Assembly: GCF_000012465.1 (NCBI RefSeq)
Contig: NC_007335.2
Location: forward strand, 30,001 to 62,000
Source: Prochlorococcus marinus str. NATL2A
GTDB lineage: Bacteria > Cyanobacteriota > Cyanobacteriia > PCC-6307 > Cyanobiaceae
Length of the DNA: 32,000 bases
Direction of reading: 5' to 3'
The position numbers were made by a program, and so were the translations under genes. The notes under the pieces were generated by a model. It saw only the letters and a program-made list of their open reading frames with translations, searched no databases and was not told the DNA's origin. Positions 15,778-25,800 of the stretch are shown piece after piece. How positions within the stretch are numbered: position 1 is the first letter of the stretch; the number at the start of each line of letters is the position of its first letter.

Positions 15778-16389
15778 TTGACAGTTGCACATCAGACTGA
15801 TTCGCATTTAAGCAGACGGCTGCAGAAGGATAGTATTACTATCTCAGGAAAGGTTATTTACATTAATCCTTTTCTCTATTGGAGACGCTTTGACAACAAT
15901 ACTGACAGATGGTTGAGAGAGCCTGGTCAATTAACAGAGGAGCAGATTAATCTCAATAGAGCTCGTTTTTATCCTGAGGTCGAGTGGACTTTTCTTAGAG
16001 ACGAAGAGCGGGTTATTAAAGACGCGGCAGTTGAAATGTTTTTAAAAACGCTTGAATTAATAAGTACTTTTCACCCTCATCTTACTGCAGGGCAATTATT
16101 AGAAGTAGAGAGAAAAATGGCAGTAACTAAAAAAAAGTCTTTTGAACGTTGGGTAGAAAAATCTTTTAGGAAAAAAATTAATCAAGCTTCAAAAGAGCGC
16201 AATAGATTTGCTAGAGAACGTTTGATAAGAGGTTGGAAAGAATGGTTAACTCTTGAAACTACTCATCAAGCTTTTTTGCCATTCGCAGCAATAATTGTGA
16301 TGTCAATCTTTGCTGGTTGGTCCATAGGTATTTCTAATAATAGTTGTACACCTTACTTTCCAACGACAGAAACAGGTATTCTTAAGTAG
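15778..16389 (+). CDS. hypothetical protein with C-terminal TM helix
   Basis: 203-aa ORF with a TTG start (uncertain). FLPFAAIIVMSIFAGWSIGI helix near the C-terminus. Confidence 0.5.
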   Translation: MTVAHQTDSHLSRRLQKDSITISGKVIYINPFLYWRRFDNNTDRWLREPGQLTEEQINLNRARFYPEVEWTFLRDEERVIKDAAVEMFLKTLELISTFHPHLTAGQLLEVERKMAVTKKKSFERWVEKSFRKKINQASKERNRFARERLIRGWKEWLTLETTHQAFLPFAAIIVMSIFAGWSIGISNNSCTPYFPTTETGILK

Positions 16390-16405
16390 CACTAATAAAG
16401 CCATT

Positions 16406-16780
16406 ATGGCTAAAGATCAATTAAGGGATTTCCATTTATTTGCAATGGAGTCTGCTTTGCCATTTGGTATGGGCATTATTAAAAATGTGAAAACTGGTGG
16501 ATTTCAAAAAATAATGGATGTAATTAAATTAAAAGATCCATTTTCAGAATTCCAGGCTGATGGCGAAACCTCGGCTAAGAAAGTGAGGGATAAGATTGAC
16601 CAATTGATTCCTGGCTTAGGTTATCCGGTTGTTTCAGTTGATGTAACTGTTGAAGAGAATTATCCTGATTATGAAAGTAATGATAATGATTCTTTGGTTT
16701 CAACTTTAAACAGAATTGATAGTGATCTAGATCAATTGAGACGTATGATTAGTAATGACTCATTAAATATACATGATTAG
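16406..16780 (+). CDS. hypothetical acidic protein
   Basis: 124-aa ORF, ATG start 16 nt after the previous stop, same strand as mrdA. Confidence 0.55.
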   Translation: MAKDQLRDFHLFAMESALPFGMGIIKNVKTGGFQKIMDVIKLKDPFSEFQADGETSAKKVRDKIDQLIPGLGYPVVSVDVTVEENYPDYESNDNDSLVSTLNRIDSDLDQLRRMISNDSLNIHD

Positions 16781-16802
16781 TCAATATTCTTGATTTTTAG
16801 AG

Positions 16803-18632
16803 ATGAAGAAGAAAGAAAAATTACATCTAAGTTCTAAAAAGCATGTAGGTGCTTTTAATCAGCCTCTAATTTTCTTTTTGTTTATTTGTTTAATCTTTTC
16901 AGTGACAGTTGGGCGTCTTTTTTGGATACAAATAATTAGGGGATCATATTATAAAAAACTTTCAGAGGAAAATAGAGTCAAGCTAATTGCTAATCCACCA
17001 ATACGAGGAAGATTATTAGATCGTAATGGTGTGGTTCTTGCCGATAATAAACTCTTTTACTCATTAGCTATTCAACCTAGACTTCTAACTAAAAGTGAAT
17101 GGATTGATCTAAGAAACTCTTTATCTGATTTGTTAAATGTTTCTACTGATCAATTAGAAATTGCATTTAATAGAAGTAATTATGACACTCCTTATAAAAA
17201 AGTACTATTAACTGATTTATCGGTGGAGCAGGTTATTAGGTTTAAAGAACAAGAGAATAATTTGTATGGTGCTCAAATTGATATTGGTTTAATTAGAAAC
17301 TATCCATATAAGTCTTTAGCTGCACATGCTTTGGGTTATACACAGTTGATAACTCAGGACGAGTTTTCTAAGCTTTCAGACAGAGGTTATAAACTATCTG
17401 ATCGAATTGGACGGAAAGGTATAGAGGCCGCTTTTGAATCTCAATTGAGAGGTGCATGGGGTGGTGAAATGCTTGAGATTGATTCAATAGGTACGGTTCA
17501 ACGCAGTCTAGGTTTAAAGTTACCAAAAGCTGGTAGGGATATCAAATTAACTCTTGATCTAGAGCTACAACTTACTGCAGAAAAAGTTTTATCTGACAAA
17601 ATTGCTGGAGCAATAGTAGCTATTGATCCCTATACAGGAGCAATAAGAGCAATTGCTAGTCAACCTACTTTCGACCTTAATTTTTTTTCTCAGCCTTTTA
17701 CGAATAAACAATATAACGATCTTTTTTTGTCATCAAATCTTCCTCTTCTGAGTAGAGCATTTAATGCATACGATCCAGGAAGTACGTGGAAGCCCATAAC
17801 TGCTATAGCAGGGATGGAGAGTGGTAAATTTCCTGCTAATAAAAAATTAAATACGGTTCCTTGTATCACTTATGGGAGTCATTGTTTTCCAGAATATAAT
17901 AAAAGAGGTTTTGGTTGGATTGGATATGAAGATGCATTTAGAGTCTCCAGTAATACTTTTTTTTATCAAGTTGGGGTTGGTTCTGGTTCGAAAGCTTTAT
18001 ATGATGCGGCAACTAAACTTGGCTTTGACAATTACACTGGCATAGAAACTTTTATAGATGAAAATAAAGGCTTAGTAGGGAACAAGAAATGGGCTGCTGA
18101 GGGTCGTGGGTGGGGAAATCCTGGAGAAACTCCTTGGATCGTAGAGGATATGGCTAGTGCATCTATTGGTCAATCTGTTGTTTTAGTTACTCCATTGCAA
18201 TTAGCACGAGCATATGCAGTTTTTGCAAATGGTGGTTATTTGATTACTCCTCATTTAGTTGATGCCAATATAAACTGGAGATCAGAGAAATATTTAAGAA
18301 AAGTTGACATAGAAGACAAAACACTTGAAACAATTCGTCGTGGGCTTCGTAAAGTTGTAACTAGTGGTACTGGTATGGGAATAAATCTAGATCATTCTAT
18401 TCTTCCTCCCGTCGCTGGTAAAACTGGAACAGCAGAAGATAGTAGTGGAGGTTCTGATCATGCATGGTTTGCTGGATTTGCACCTTATGATTCTGGGGAA
18501 ATAGTTATTGTTGCTTTTGCTCAGAATACTCCTGGTGGTGGTTCAGTACATGCTCTCCCTATGGCAAGAGAAGTGCTACGTGCTTGGTATGAGCAAAAAT
18601 CTAAAAATGAGTTAATTAGAAGTAAAGATTAG
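16803..18632 (+). CDS. mrdA: penicillin-binding protein 2 (elongasome transpeptidase)
   Basis: N-terminal TM helix, then SxxK (GSTWKP), SxN (SSN) and KTG (GKTGTAE) motifs in order. Confidence 0.93.
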   Translation: MKKKEKLHLSSKKHVGAFNQPLIFFLFICLIFSVTVGRLFWIQIIRGSYYKKLSEENRVKLIANPPIRGRLLDRNGVVLADNKLFYSLAIQPRLLTKSEWIDLRNSLSDLLNVSTDQLEIAFNRSNYDTPYKKVLLTDLSVEQVIRFKEQENNLYGAQIDIGLIRNYPYKSLAAHALGYTQLITQDEFSKLSDRGYKLSDRIGRKGIEAAFESQLRGAWGGEMLEIDSIGTVQRSLGLKLPKAGRDIKLTLDLELQLTAEKVLSDKIAGAIVAIDPYTGAIRAIASQPTFDLNFFSQPFTNKQYNDLFLSSNLPLLSRAFNAYDPGSTWKPITAIAGMESGKFPANKKLNTVPCITYGSHCFPEYNKRGFGWIGYEDAFRVSSNTFFYQVGVGSGSKALYDAATKLGFDNYTGIETFIDENKGLVGNKKWAAEGRGWGNPGETPWIVEDMASASIGQSVVLVTPLQLARAYAVFANGGYLITPHLVDANINWRSEKYLRKVDIEDKTLETIRRGLRKVVTSGTGMGINLDHSILPPVAGKTGTAEDSSGGSDHAWFAGFAPYDSGEIVIVAFAQNTPGGGSVHALPMAREVLRAWYEQKSKNELIRSKD

Positions 18633-18640
18633 ATATTGAA

Positions 18641-19165
18641 TTAATTAGGATGATTTAGTTGTAGTAGTTGATTTAGAATGGCGTTGATTGATTTATCCTC
18701 AGCAACTTTTGATTTATTCGTAGCTAATTGACGACCTAAGACTAAAGCCCCAAGGTGGGTTAATTGAATACGCATCGAAAGTAATAACTCCATACATCCT
18801 CCTCCTGAAAAACTTGCAATTGCAATTGGGCGTTCGTTGAATAAACTTCGAAAATCTGTTCCTTGCACAGACAGCCAAGCTATTGCATTTGTAAGAATTG
18901 GAGGAATTGAGCCGTTATATTCTGGTGCACAAATGACCCAGTGTGAGTGGCTCTCCATTTCAGTATTGATTAACTTTAGATTTTCTGGTGCTTTATCTTT
19001 TGAATTATTACGTGGATTAAATATAGGCAAATCATTTTTTGAATCTGTCAAATCAAGTAATTCGCATGAGTAATTTAGTTCTTTGCCTGCGACTAGAAAT
19101 CTTTTTGCTAATTTGAGATTTTCACCATTACTAGCAGCTATAACAAGAAGCTTTTTATTAGACAT
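18641..19165 (-). CDS. flavodoxin-fold NAD(P)H-dependent FMN reductase-like protein
   Basis: KLLVIAASNGENLKLAK N-terminus and ~170-aa size are typical of this fold. Same strand as, and 50 nt downstream of, the flv pair. Confidence 0.55.
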   Translation of the reverse strand: MSNKKLLVIAASNGENLKLAKRFLVAGKELNYSCELLDLTDSKNDLPIFNPRNNSKDKAPENLKLINTEMESHSHWVICAPEYNGSIPPILTNAIAWLSVQGTDFRSLFNERPIAIASFSGGGCMELLLSMRIQLTHLGALVLGRQLATNKSKVAEDKSINAILNQLLQLNHPN

Positions 19166-19215
19166 TGTGAATTAACAGGGAAGTGTAAATGGATGATGTC
19201 ATTTTTGTAATGGAT

Positions 19216-21066
19216 CTAGTAGTTCGCTCCGGTTTTTCGATGATGAACTGCTGTTACTCCATCTTTTTTAATGACTTTTCCATATTTAATCTCAGCATAT
19301 ATCAGCCAATGATCCCCACACTCCATTCGTTGACTAACTGTACCCTCCAGCCAGGCTAAAGCTTCGTTTAATAATGGCTGATTGCTTGGACTTAATTTAA
19401 TCTCAAGATCGGTAAATCTATTATCTCCAGGTTTGAATGATTGGAGAAATTGTTTAAGGAGGCTTTGGTGATTATTTTGCTCTAAAATGTTAAGAGCAAA
19501 GTTATCTCCTGTATGAAGTAAGTTTTCTACAGCTCTTTCTTTAGCGACTGCAATAGTAATACCAGGAGGAGAAAAGCTTGCTTGACTAACCCAACTTGCA
19601 ACCATCGCTCCGCTAATCAGATTATCTTCATCTCCTTTTTGAGCAGTCAATATACATAGTGATCCGACGACCCTTCCTAGTGCATTAATTGTTGGATCAC
19701 TTTTACTTGTATTTAAACCTACATTAGCCTTTCTTTGTTGACGTAATTTTGCATTAATTAATTGCTTACCAAATTGGATACCTGTTTCTTCAAGTTTTTT
19801 AATCATTAAAGGGTCAGGACTAAATTTAATTTTGATAGGTTCGAATCCAAATTTAAAGCCTCCATCTTTTAATTTTTTTTCAAGTAAATCAAGAGCTTCT
19901 CCACTCCATCCATAACTTCCAAATACTCCAGCCGGCTTTCCTCTATCTCCCTCAGCCAAAAGCGACCCAAGTGCTGAAACAATTGGGGTGGGTGCATGCC
20001 CTCCTAATGTTGGCGATCCAATTAAATATCCATCTGCTTTACGAATTTCAGTGACTAAGCTATCTGATGCGGTGAATTCACAATTAATAATCTTAACTTT
20101 GACCCCTGTTTTACTAATTCCTCTAGCAATGGCATCAGCAATAGCAGCAGTATTTCCATATGCACTTGCAAATAATAGTGCAACTCTTAAATTGCTGTAT
20201 TTTTGGCTTTCTCCCCAGCTTTGGTAGTTGTTTAATAAACTCCTCCAACTACCGCTGATTGCAGGTCCATGTCCGGGTACTATCGTATCAATCTCAAAGT
20301 CTTCAAATTTTTCGATAATACTATTGACTTGGGTAGACATTGGCGCCATTAGACAATCGAAGTAATGTCTTCTCTCTTCTTCCGTGCTACTACTGTTTAA
20401 TTCAGCCCATTTTTCTTCATAAACATGAGCACCGAATAATTTATCACTCATCAATAAACCAGTTTGCTTTTCAAAAACAATTAGTCCACCAGGCCAGCGA
20501 GCTGTTGGCGCGGGAATGAACGTAACCTCAAAATTACTGTTAAGTGTATGAGTTTCTAATTGTTTGATGATTTGTATATTTGGAAGAACTTCAACTTTCT
20601 CCAATGCTTCTTTAGGATTTGTATTTTGCGAGGGTTTTCGTAAATTCCAAATCTCTTTGAATAATTTTGCTCCTGGATTAGAACAAATAACCGTTAAATT
20701 TTTATATTTCACATTCATTCTTTTCACAAAAGCTACTTTATTGGGATTGATATGACCCATGACTAGCTTTATTGCAGACGAATCACTACTAATTAATGTC
20801 TCGAATTCGTCTAAAAATTCTTTTTCAAATGTTAAACCAGGAGGATGAATTAAAATATAGTCATGTGATTCAGAATATTCATCTTGAGAAGAATTAAATA
20901 AAAAAGAATTAGTGCAACTACCTTTCTCAAGAGAATATTCAACTTCAAATCTTGTTCTTTTTGGGTTTAAGCTTCTTAAGCAAATGAAGTTATCCTCAAT
21001 GGGAATCTGAATAGTTTTTTTTATTAAAGTGTTTAAATTTGTCGAAGAATTTTGCTCTATTGTCAT
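19216..21066 (-). CDS. flv1: flavodiiron protein, cluster A (Flv1-like, non-canonical metal ligands)
   Basis: Metallo-beta-lactamase + flavodoxin + flavin-reductase domain order. HINPNK occupies the position of the HxExDH motif. Confidence 0.85.
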   Translation of the reverse strand: MTIEQNSSTNLNTLIKKTIQIPIEDNFICLRSLNPKRTRFEVEYSLEKGSCTNSFLFNSSQDEYSESHDYILIHPPGLTFEKEFLDEFETLISSDSSAIKLVMGHINPNKVAFVKRMNVKYKNLTVICSNPGAKLFKEIWNLRKPSQNTNPKEALEKVEVLPNIQIIKQLETHTLNSNFEVTFIPAPTARWPGGLIVFEKQTGLLMSDKLFGAHVYEEKWAELNSSSTEEERRHYFDCLMAPMSTQVNSIIEKFEDFEIDTIVPGHGPAISGSWRSLLNNYQSWGESQKYSNLRVALLFASAYGNTAAIADAIARGISKTGVKVKIINCEFTASDSLVTEIRKADGYLIGSPTLGGHAPTPIVSALGSLLAEGDRGKPAGVFGSYGWSGEALDLLEKKLKDGGFKFGFEPIKIKFSPDPLMIKKLEETGIQFGKQLINAKLRQQRKANVGLNTSKSDPTINALGRVVGSLCILTAQKGDEDNLISGAMVASWVSQASFSPPGITIAVAKERAVENLLHTGDNFALNILEQNNHQSLLKQFLQSFKPGDNRFTDLEIKLSPSNQPLLNEALAWLEGTVSQRMECGDHWLIYAEIKYGKVIKKDGVTAVHHRKTGANY

Positions 21067-21068
21067 TG

Positions 21069-22844
21069 TTAATAATTACTACCAAGTCTTCTGTGATGAA
21101 CTGCTGTTTTACTTTGAGTATTAGATAAATTACCTTTTTCAACTGATGAATAAATGATCCAATGATCTGTTGTCTCCATTCTTTGAATAACTTTACATGA
21201 AAGGAACGCTAACGCATCAGATAGCACTGGTCCCCCAGCTGCAAGATCATTCATTAATTCAACTCCTTCAAATCGATTAGCACCTGGTGGAAAACGTTTT
21301 AAAAAGTGTCTGAAGAGGTGCAAATAGTTATTTTCTTGAAGGATATTCAGAACAAAACGATCATTGACTTGTAATAGTGATTCAATTGCTCTGTCTTTAG
21401 CTACCGCTACGGTTATCCCAGGGGGGTCAAAACTTGCTTGACTTACCCAACTTGCAACCATCGCACCGTCTCGACTATCAGCACCTTCATTGTCTTTTGC
21501 TGTAACAACGTAAAGTCCACCGCTTAGGCAACCTAGCGCTTTATTTAAGTCTCCATCAAGGCTCTTAGTAGCAGCTATATTTTTCTTTCTAGTAAGAATT
21601 TGACCTAAATCTGTACCAGCCTCTTCAAATTGTTGGTAAACACTTTTGTTTGGTTCGTCACGAACTCGAAGTGGTTTAAATGCTTCTTTTTGTCCAAGCT
21701 TTCTTAATTGGTTAGTTATAAAGTCAATAGGCTCTTCATTTCCGCCATATGAGTCATAAGTGGCTACCCATTGCTTTTGTTTTAAGGATGCTAGAAGTGT
21801 TCCAATATTGCTTTGTAATTCTGAATCAGTTTTGATAGGCCATGTAGGCACAACGACTGCACTCGCTTCACTAATTAGAGCACTTAACTCTTGAGTATCT
21901 GAAGCAATAAGATCAACTAATTGGACTTGGGCATTTGCCTTGCCTATTCCATGAGCAATCGCTTGGCTTAACCGGTCACAATAACCATATTGACTGAGAT
22001 AGCAAACCACAGCATAGTTTTCGCCCGTGCTTCTTTGCGTACTCCATTCTCTGTAATGATTCAGCCATAACTGCGTATTAAAATTCAGGATTGGTCCATG
22101 CCCAACACCAATAGTCTGGATAGTTGGTAATGAATCAATTTTTTTTAATGCCTGAACTACGCTTCGGGCATTTGGACCCATGAGGCAGTCATAATAAAAT
22201 CGAAAATCTTCATTTAATAGACTTGGATTTTCGTCATATAATTTTTCTGAACAGTAATGTAAACCAAATGCGTCACAGGTATATAAAACTTGTGTACCGT
22301 GATCAAAAGAAAAAATCGTATCTGGCCAGTGTAGATTTGGTGCACTAATAAATTCAATTCTATGCTCAATTCCGCTGATTGAAGTACTTTCTAAATTGAT
22401 TTCTTCACCGCTTTTGACTGCTCTTGACTTAAAAGGTTGATGAATTTGGTCTTTTAAGAATTTTATAGCTACTTTAGATGCGACGATTTCAATATTTGGG
22501 TTTAATTCAATTAAATATTTTATCAGTCCTGAATGATCTGGCTCTGTGTGACTGACTATTAAATAATCAATTTCTGTTGGATTGATTTCTTGTCTTAGTT
22601 TTTCAAACCAAATATCTTTAAACTTTAAATGACTTGTATCTATAAGTGCAGTTTTTTTGCCTCTTATTAAAAAGCTATTATAAGTTGTCCCATTTCGAAG
22701 GCCAAATTCAATATCAAACCTGCTTCGATCCCAATCCAATGATCTTAAAGTGTGAGTATCTATAGCAATTTGTTCATATTGCAGTGAAAGCTTAGGAATA
22801 TCACTTTTCTGATTTTCTAAAGCTGTCGATTTAGTAAAAATCAT
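21069..22844 (-). CDS. flv3: flavodiiron protein, cluster B (Flv3-like, canonical diiron site)
   Basis: Same three-domain order. SHTEPDHSG (HxExDH) is present. Only 2 nt upstream of flv1. Confidence 0.85.
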   Translation of the reverse strand: MIFTKSTALENQKSDIPKLSLQYEQIAIDTHTLRSLDWDRSRFDIEFGLRNGTTYNSFLIRGKKTALIDTSHLKFKDIWFEKLRQEINPTEIDYLIVSHTEPDHSGLIKYLIELNPNIEIVASKVAIKFLKDQIHQPFKSRAVKSGEEINLESTSISGIEHRIEFISAPNLHWPDTIFSFDHGTQVLYTCDAFGLHYCSEKLYDENPSLLNEDFRFYYDCLMGPNARSVVQALKKIDSLPTIQTIGVGHGPILNFNTQLWLNHYREWSTQRSTGENYAVVCYLSQYGYCDRLSQAIAHGIGKANAQVQLVDLIASDTQELSALISEASAVVVPTWPIKTDSELQSNIGTLLASLKQKQWVATYDSYGGNEEPIDFITNQLRKLGQKEAFKPLRVRDEPNKSVYQQFEEAGTDLGQILTRKKNIAATKSLDGDLNKALGCLSGGLYVVTAKDNEGADSRDGAMVASWVSQASFDPPGITVAVAKDRAIESLLQVNDRFVLNILQENNYLHLFRHFLKRFPPGANRFEGVELMNDLAAGGPVLSDALAFLSCKVIQRMETTDHWIIYSSVEKGNLSNTQSKTAVHHRRLGSNY

Positions 22845-23138
22845 GTTCCTAAAGCCATTAATTGAAGAAAACTGGAAAGTCTTAACAAATTAGATCGCTA
22901 AGTGCAAATACCTAGATCAGTTCAAACATATTAGGATACTAAGGATTGCAAGTGTGATACTGCTTCCCGTAAATAGTATTTGTTTGCAATAGACACTGTT
23001 CTTGATTGCCTTTTCTGAGTATTTTTCTCTTTCAAAGTCTCACGGGTTTCCATTTTGTTATTGTTTAGGGGTGAGTTGAGCAAATTTGACGTTTTTTGTG
23101 ATTGTTTTCAAAAACCTTTTTAGAGATAATTTTTAGGT

Positions 23139-25799
23139 ATGGAAAAAAGTTCTTCCTCTTTAATTGATCCGCCATCTCTTTCAGGAGATGAAATAAGAGA
23201 TGCATTTATAAACTTTTTTGTACAACATAATCATAAGAAACTAGCAAGTTCTTCTTTAATTCCAGATGATCCAACAGTTTTATTGACTATTGCAGGGATG
23301 TTACCTTTTAAGCCTATCTTTTTAGGATTAAAAGAGTCTTCTACTCCGAGAGCAACATCCAGTCAAAAATGTATAAGAACAAATGATATTGAAAATGTAG
23401 GAAGAACTGCGAGGCATCATACTTTTTTTGAGATGCTCGGTAATTTCTCTTTTGGTGATTATTTTAAAAAGGAGGCAATTCAATGGGCATGGGAATTATC
23501 TACTGAGGTTTTTCGACTAAATCCACAGAATATAGTCATTAGCGTTTTTAAAGAAGACTTAGAAGCAGAGCAAATATGGAAAGAAGTTGTAGGGGTTGAT
23601 GCAAATAGAATCATCAGAATGGGTGCTGCTGATAATTTTTGGTCATCCGGAGCTACAGGACCTTGTGGTCCATGTTCGGAACTTTATTTTGATTTTAAAC
23701 CCGAATTAGGAAGTGATGAAATAGATCTTGAGGACGATAGTCGATTTATAGAATTTTATAATTTGGTTTTTATGCAATACAACCGCGACTTAAAGGGCAA
23801 TCTTGAACCATTGGCGAATTGTCATATTGATACAGGAATGGGCTTGGAAAGAATGGCTCAAATTTTGCAAAAAAAATCTAATAATTATGAAACGGATCTT
23901 ATTTTTCCTCTCATTAATGCAGCGGCTTTATTAGCTCAAATTAAGTATGAAACTACAAATAAAAAAAATAAAACATCATTAAAAATTATTGGAGATCATT
24001 GCAGGGCCGTGACCCATTTGATTTGTGACGGTGTAAGTGCTAGTAATTTAGGGCGAGGCTATATTCTTCGTCGTCTCATACGGCGTATGATTCGACATGG
24101 TCGACTGGTAGGCATTATTCAGCCGTTTTTACCTCAACTGGCTGAAATTGCTATTGAGTTGATGAAAAATGCTTATCCTCAATTACTTGAGAAAAAGAAA
24201 ATTATTCTTAATGAGTTAAAAATAGAAGAATCTCGTTTCCTTGAAACGCTTGAACGGGGAGAGAAACTTTTGGCAGAGATAACATCTCATGAATGTGATC
24301 TTATCTCTGGTGCGCAGGCATTTGAGCTTTATGATACTTATGGTTTCCCTTTGGAATTAACAGAAGAGATCGCGAATGAAAAAGGTATTTCTGTTGATAT
24401 TAATGGTTTTGAGAACGAGATGGCTAAGCAACGTAAACGTGCAAAAGAGGCTTCTGTTAGTATTGATTTAACTGAAGAAGGTTCAATTGAAAGAGAAATT
24501 TCTTTATTTGATGACACAAGATTTGAGGGCTATGAAAAATTAGAAACTACTTCAACTGTAATAGGCATTTTTAAAAATAATGAATCAGTAAAACAAGCTG
24601 TTCAAGGTGATTTAGTCAAGATTATAGTTAATAGAACGCCTTTTTATGCTGAGTCGGGTGGCCAAATTGGAGATAAAGGCTTAATAACGTCTCAAGATCT
24701 TGAGGTGTCTGTAGAAAATGTTAGAAAAAAGAAGAATATTTTTATTCATTCTGGAATTGTTAACACTGGGGTTCTAGAGATTAACTCATCTGTTCAGATG
24801 AATGTTACTCCATCTTTTCGTCAACGAACTACATCAAATCACACCGCTACACATCTATTGCAATCAGCTTTAAAATTATCGATTGACTCAAGTGTAAGTC
24901 AAAGAGGCTCGTTAGTTTCAAATCATCGATTGAGATTTGATTTTAATGCTCCAAAACCTTTGACAATAAAAGAACTTGAAGATATGGAAGCACGAATAAA
25001 TCAATGGATTAACGAGGACCATCTAATTCAAATTAAAACAATGCCAATTAAGGAGGCTATGGCTGCTGGTGCGTTGGCAATGTTTGGTGAGAAATATGGT
25101 GATGTAGTACGCGTTGTTGATGTTCCAGGCATTTCTATGGAGTTATGTGGAGGAACCCATGTAACTCGTACGTCACAACTAGGTACATTTAAGATTATTA
25201 ATGAGACAGGTATTGCTTCAGGTATTAGACGAATAGAGGCTATAGCTGGTCCATCAGTTTTAGATTATTTTAATGAACGTGATTTGGTAGTTAAGGAGTT
25301 AAGTAAATCATTCAAAGTTCAATCATATGAAATTGTTGAGAGAGTCTCATCCCTTCAACTGGAATTGAAAGATAAAACAAAAGAACTTATCAAAGTCAAA
25401 AATGAACTCGCTTTGGCGAAGGCATTGGGTTTAGCGACTTATGCAAAATCTGTTGGTAAGAGTAAATTATTAATTAGACGTTTAGATGGAGTTGACGGAT
25501 CTGGATTGCAATCTGCGGCTTCAAGTTTGATAGATCATTTAGGCAAGTACTCTGCTGTTATTTTTGGAGGCATTCCAAATCAGGAGATCGATAATAAATT
25601 AGTTTTTGTTGCTGCATTTTCTCCTGATTTGGTATCAGATGGTTTACATGCAGGCAAATTTATAAGTGGGGTTGCAAAAATGTGTGGTGGTGGTGGTGGT
25701 GGTCGTCCAAATCTCGCCCAAGCTGGTGGTAGTCAACCTCAATCGTTGGATCTAGCTTTAGAAAAAGCTAATGAGAATTTGACTCAACAATTATCTTAA
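23139..25799 (+). CDS. alaS: alanine--tRNA ligase
   Basis: HHTFFEMLGNFSFGDYFK, HTATHLL editing-domain motif, CGGTHV, C-terminal GGGGGGRPN. Confidence 0.98.
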   Translation: MEKSSSSLIDPPSLSGDEIRDAFINFFVQHNHKKLASSSLIPDDPTVLLTIAGMLPFKPIFLGLKESSTPRATSSQKCIRTNDIENVGRTARHHTFFEMLGNFSFGDYFKKEAIQWAWELSTEVFRLNPQNIVISVFKEDLEAEQIWKEVVGVDANRIIRMGAADNFWSSGATGPCGPCSELYFDFKPELGSDEIDLEDDSRFIEFYNLVFMQYNRDLKGNLEPLANCHIDTGMGLERMAQILQKKSNNYETDLIFPLINAAALLAQIKYETTNKKNKTSLKIIGDHCRAVTHLICDGVSASNLGRGYILRRLIRRMIRHGRLVGIIQPFLPQLAEIAIELMKNAYPQLLEKKKIILNELKIEESRFLETLERGEKLLAEITSHECDLISGAQAFELYDTYGFPLELTEEIANEKGISVDINGFENEMAKQRKRAKEASVSIDLTEEGSIEREISLFDDTRFEGYEKLETTSTVIGIFKNNESVKQAVQGDLVKIIVNRTPFYAESGGQIGDKGLITSQDLEVSVENVRKKKNIFIHSGIVNTGVLEINSSVQMNVTPSFRQRTTSNHTATHLLQSALKLSIDSSVSQRGSLVSNHRLRFDFNAPKPLTIKELEDMEARINQWINEDHLIQIKTMPIKEAMAAGALAMFGEKYGDVVRVVDVPGISMELCGGTHVTRTSQLGTFKIINETGIASGIRRIEAIAGPSVLDYFNERDLVVKELSKSFKVQSYEIVERVSSLQLELKDKTKELIKVKNELALAKALGLATYAKSVGKSKLLIRRLDGVDGSGLQSAASSLIDHLGKYSAVIFGGIPNQEIDNKLVFVAAFSPDLVSDGLHAGKFISGVAKMCGGGGGGRPNLAQAGGSQPQSLDLALEKANENLTQQLS

Positions 25800-25800
25800 T

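Noticed and set aside
19838-19848. GGTTCGAATCC, a perfect tRNA T-loop consensus
   Set aside because: It lies inside the flv1 coding frame. The flanking bases (ATAGG / CCAAA) cannot form a T-stem, and no acceptor or anticodon arms are nearby. No tRNA was found in any intergenic gap.
25686-25703. (GGT)6 microsatellite
   Set aside because: It encodes the conserved C-terminal poly-Gly (GGGGGGRPN) of AlaRS. It is a coding constraint, not a regulatory repeat.
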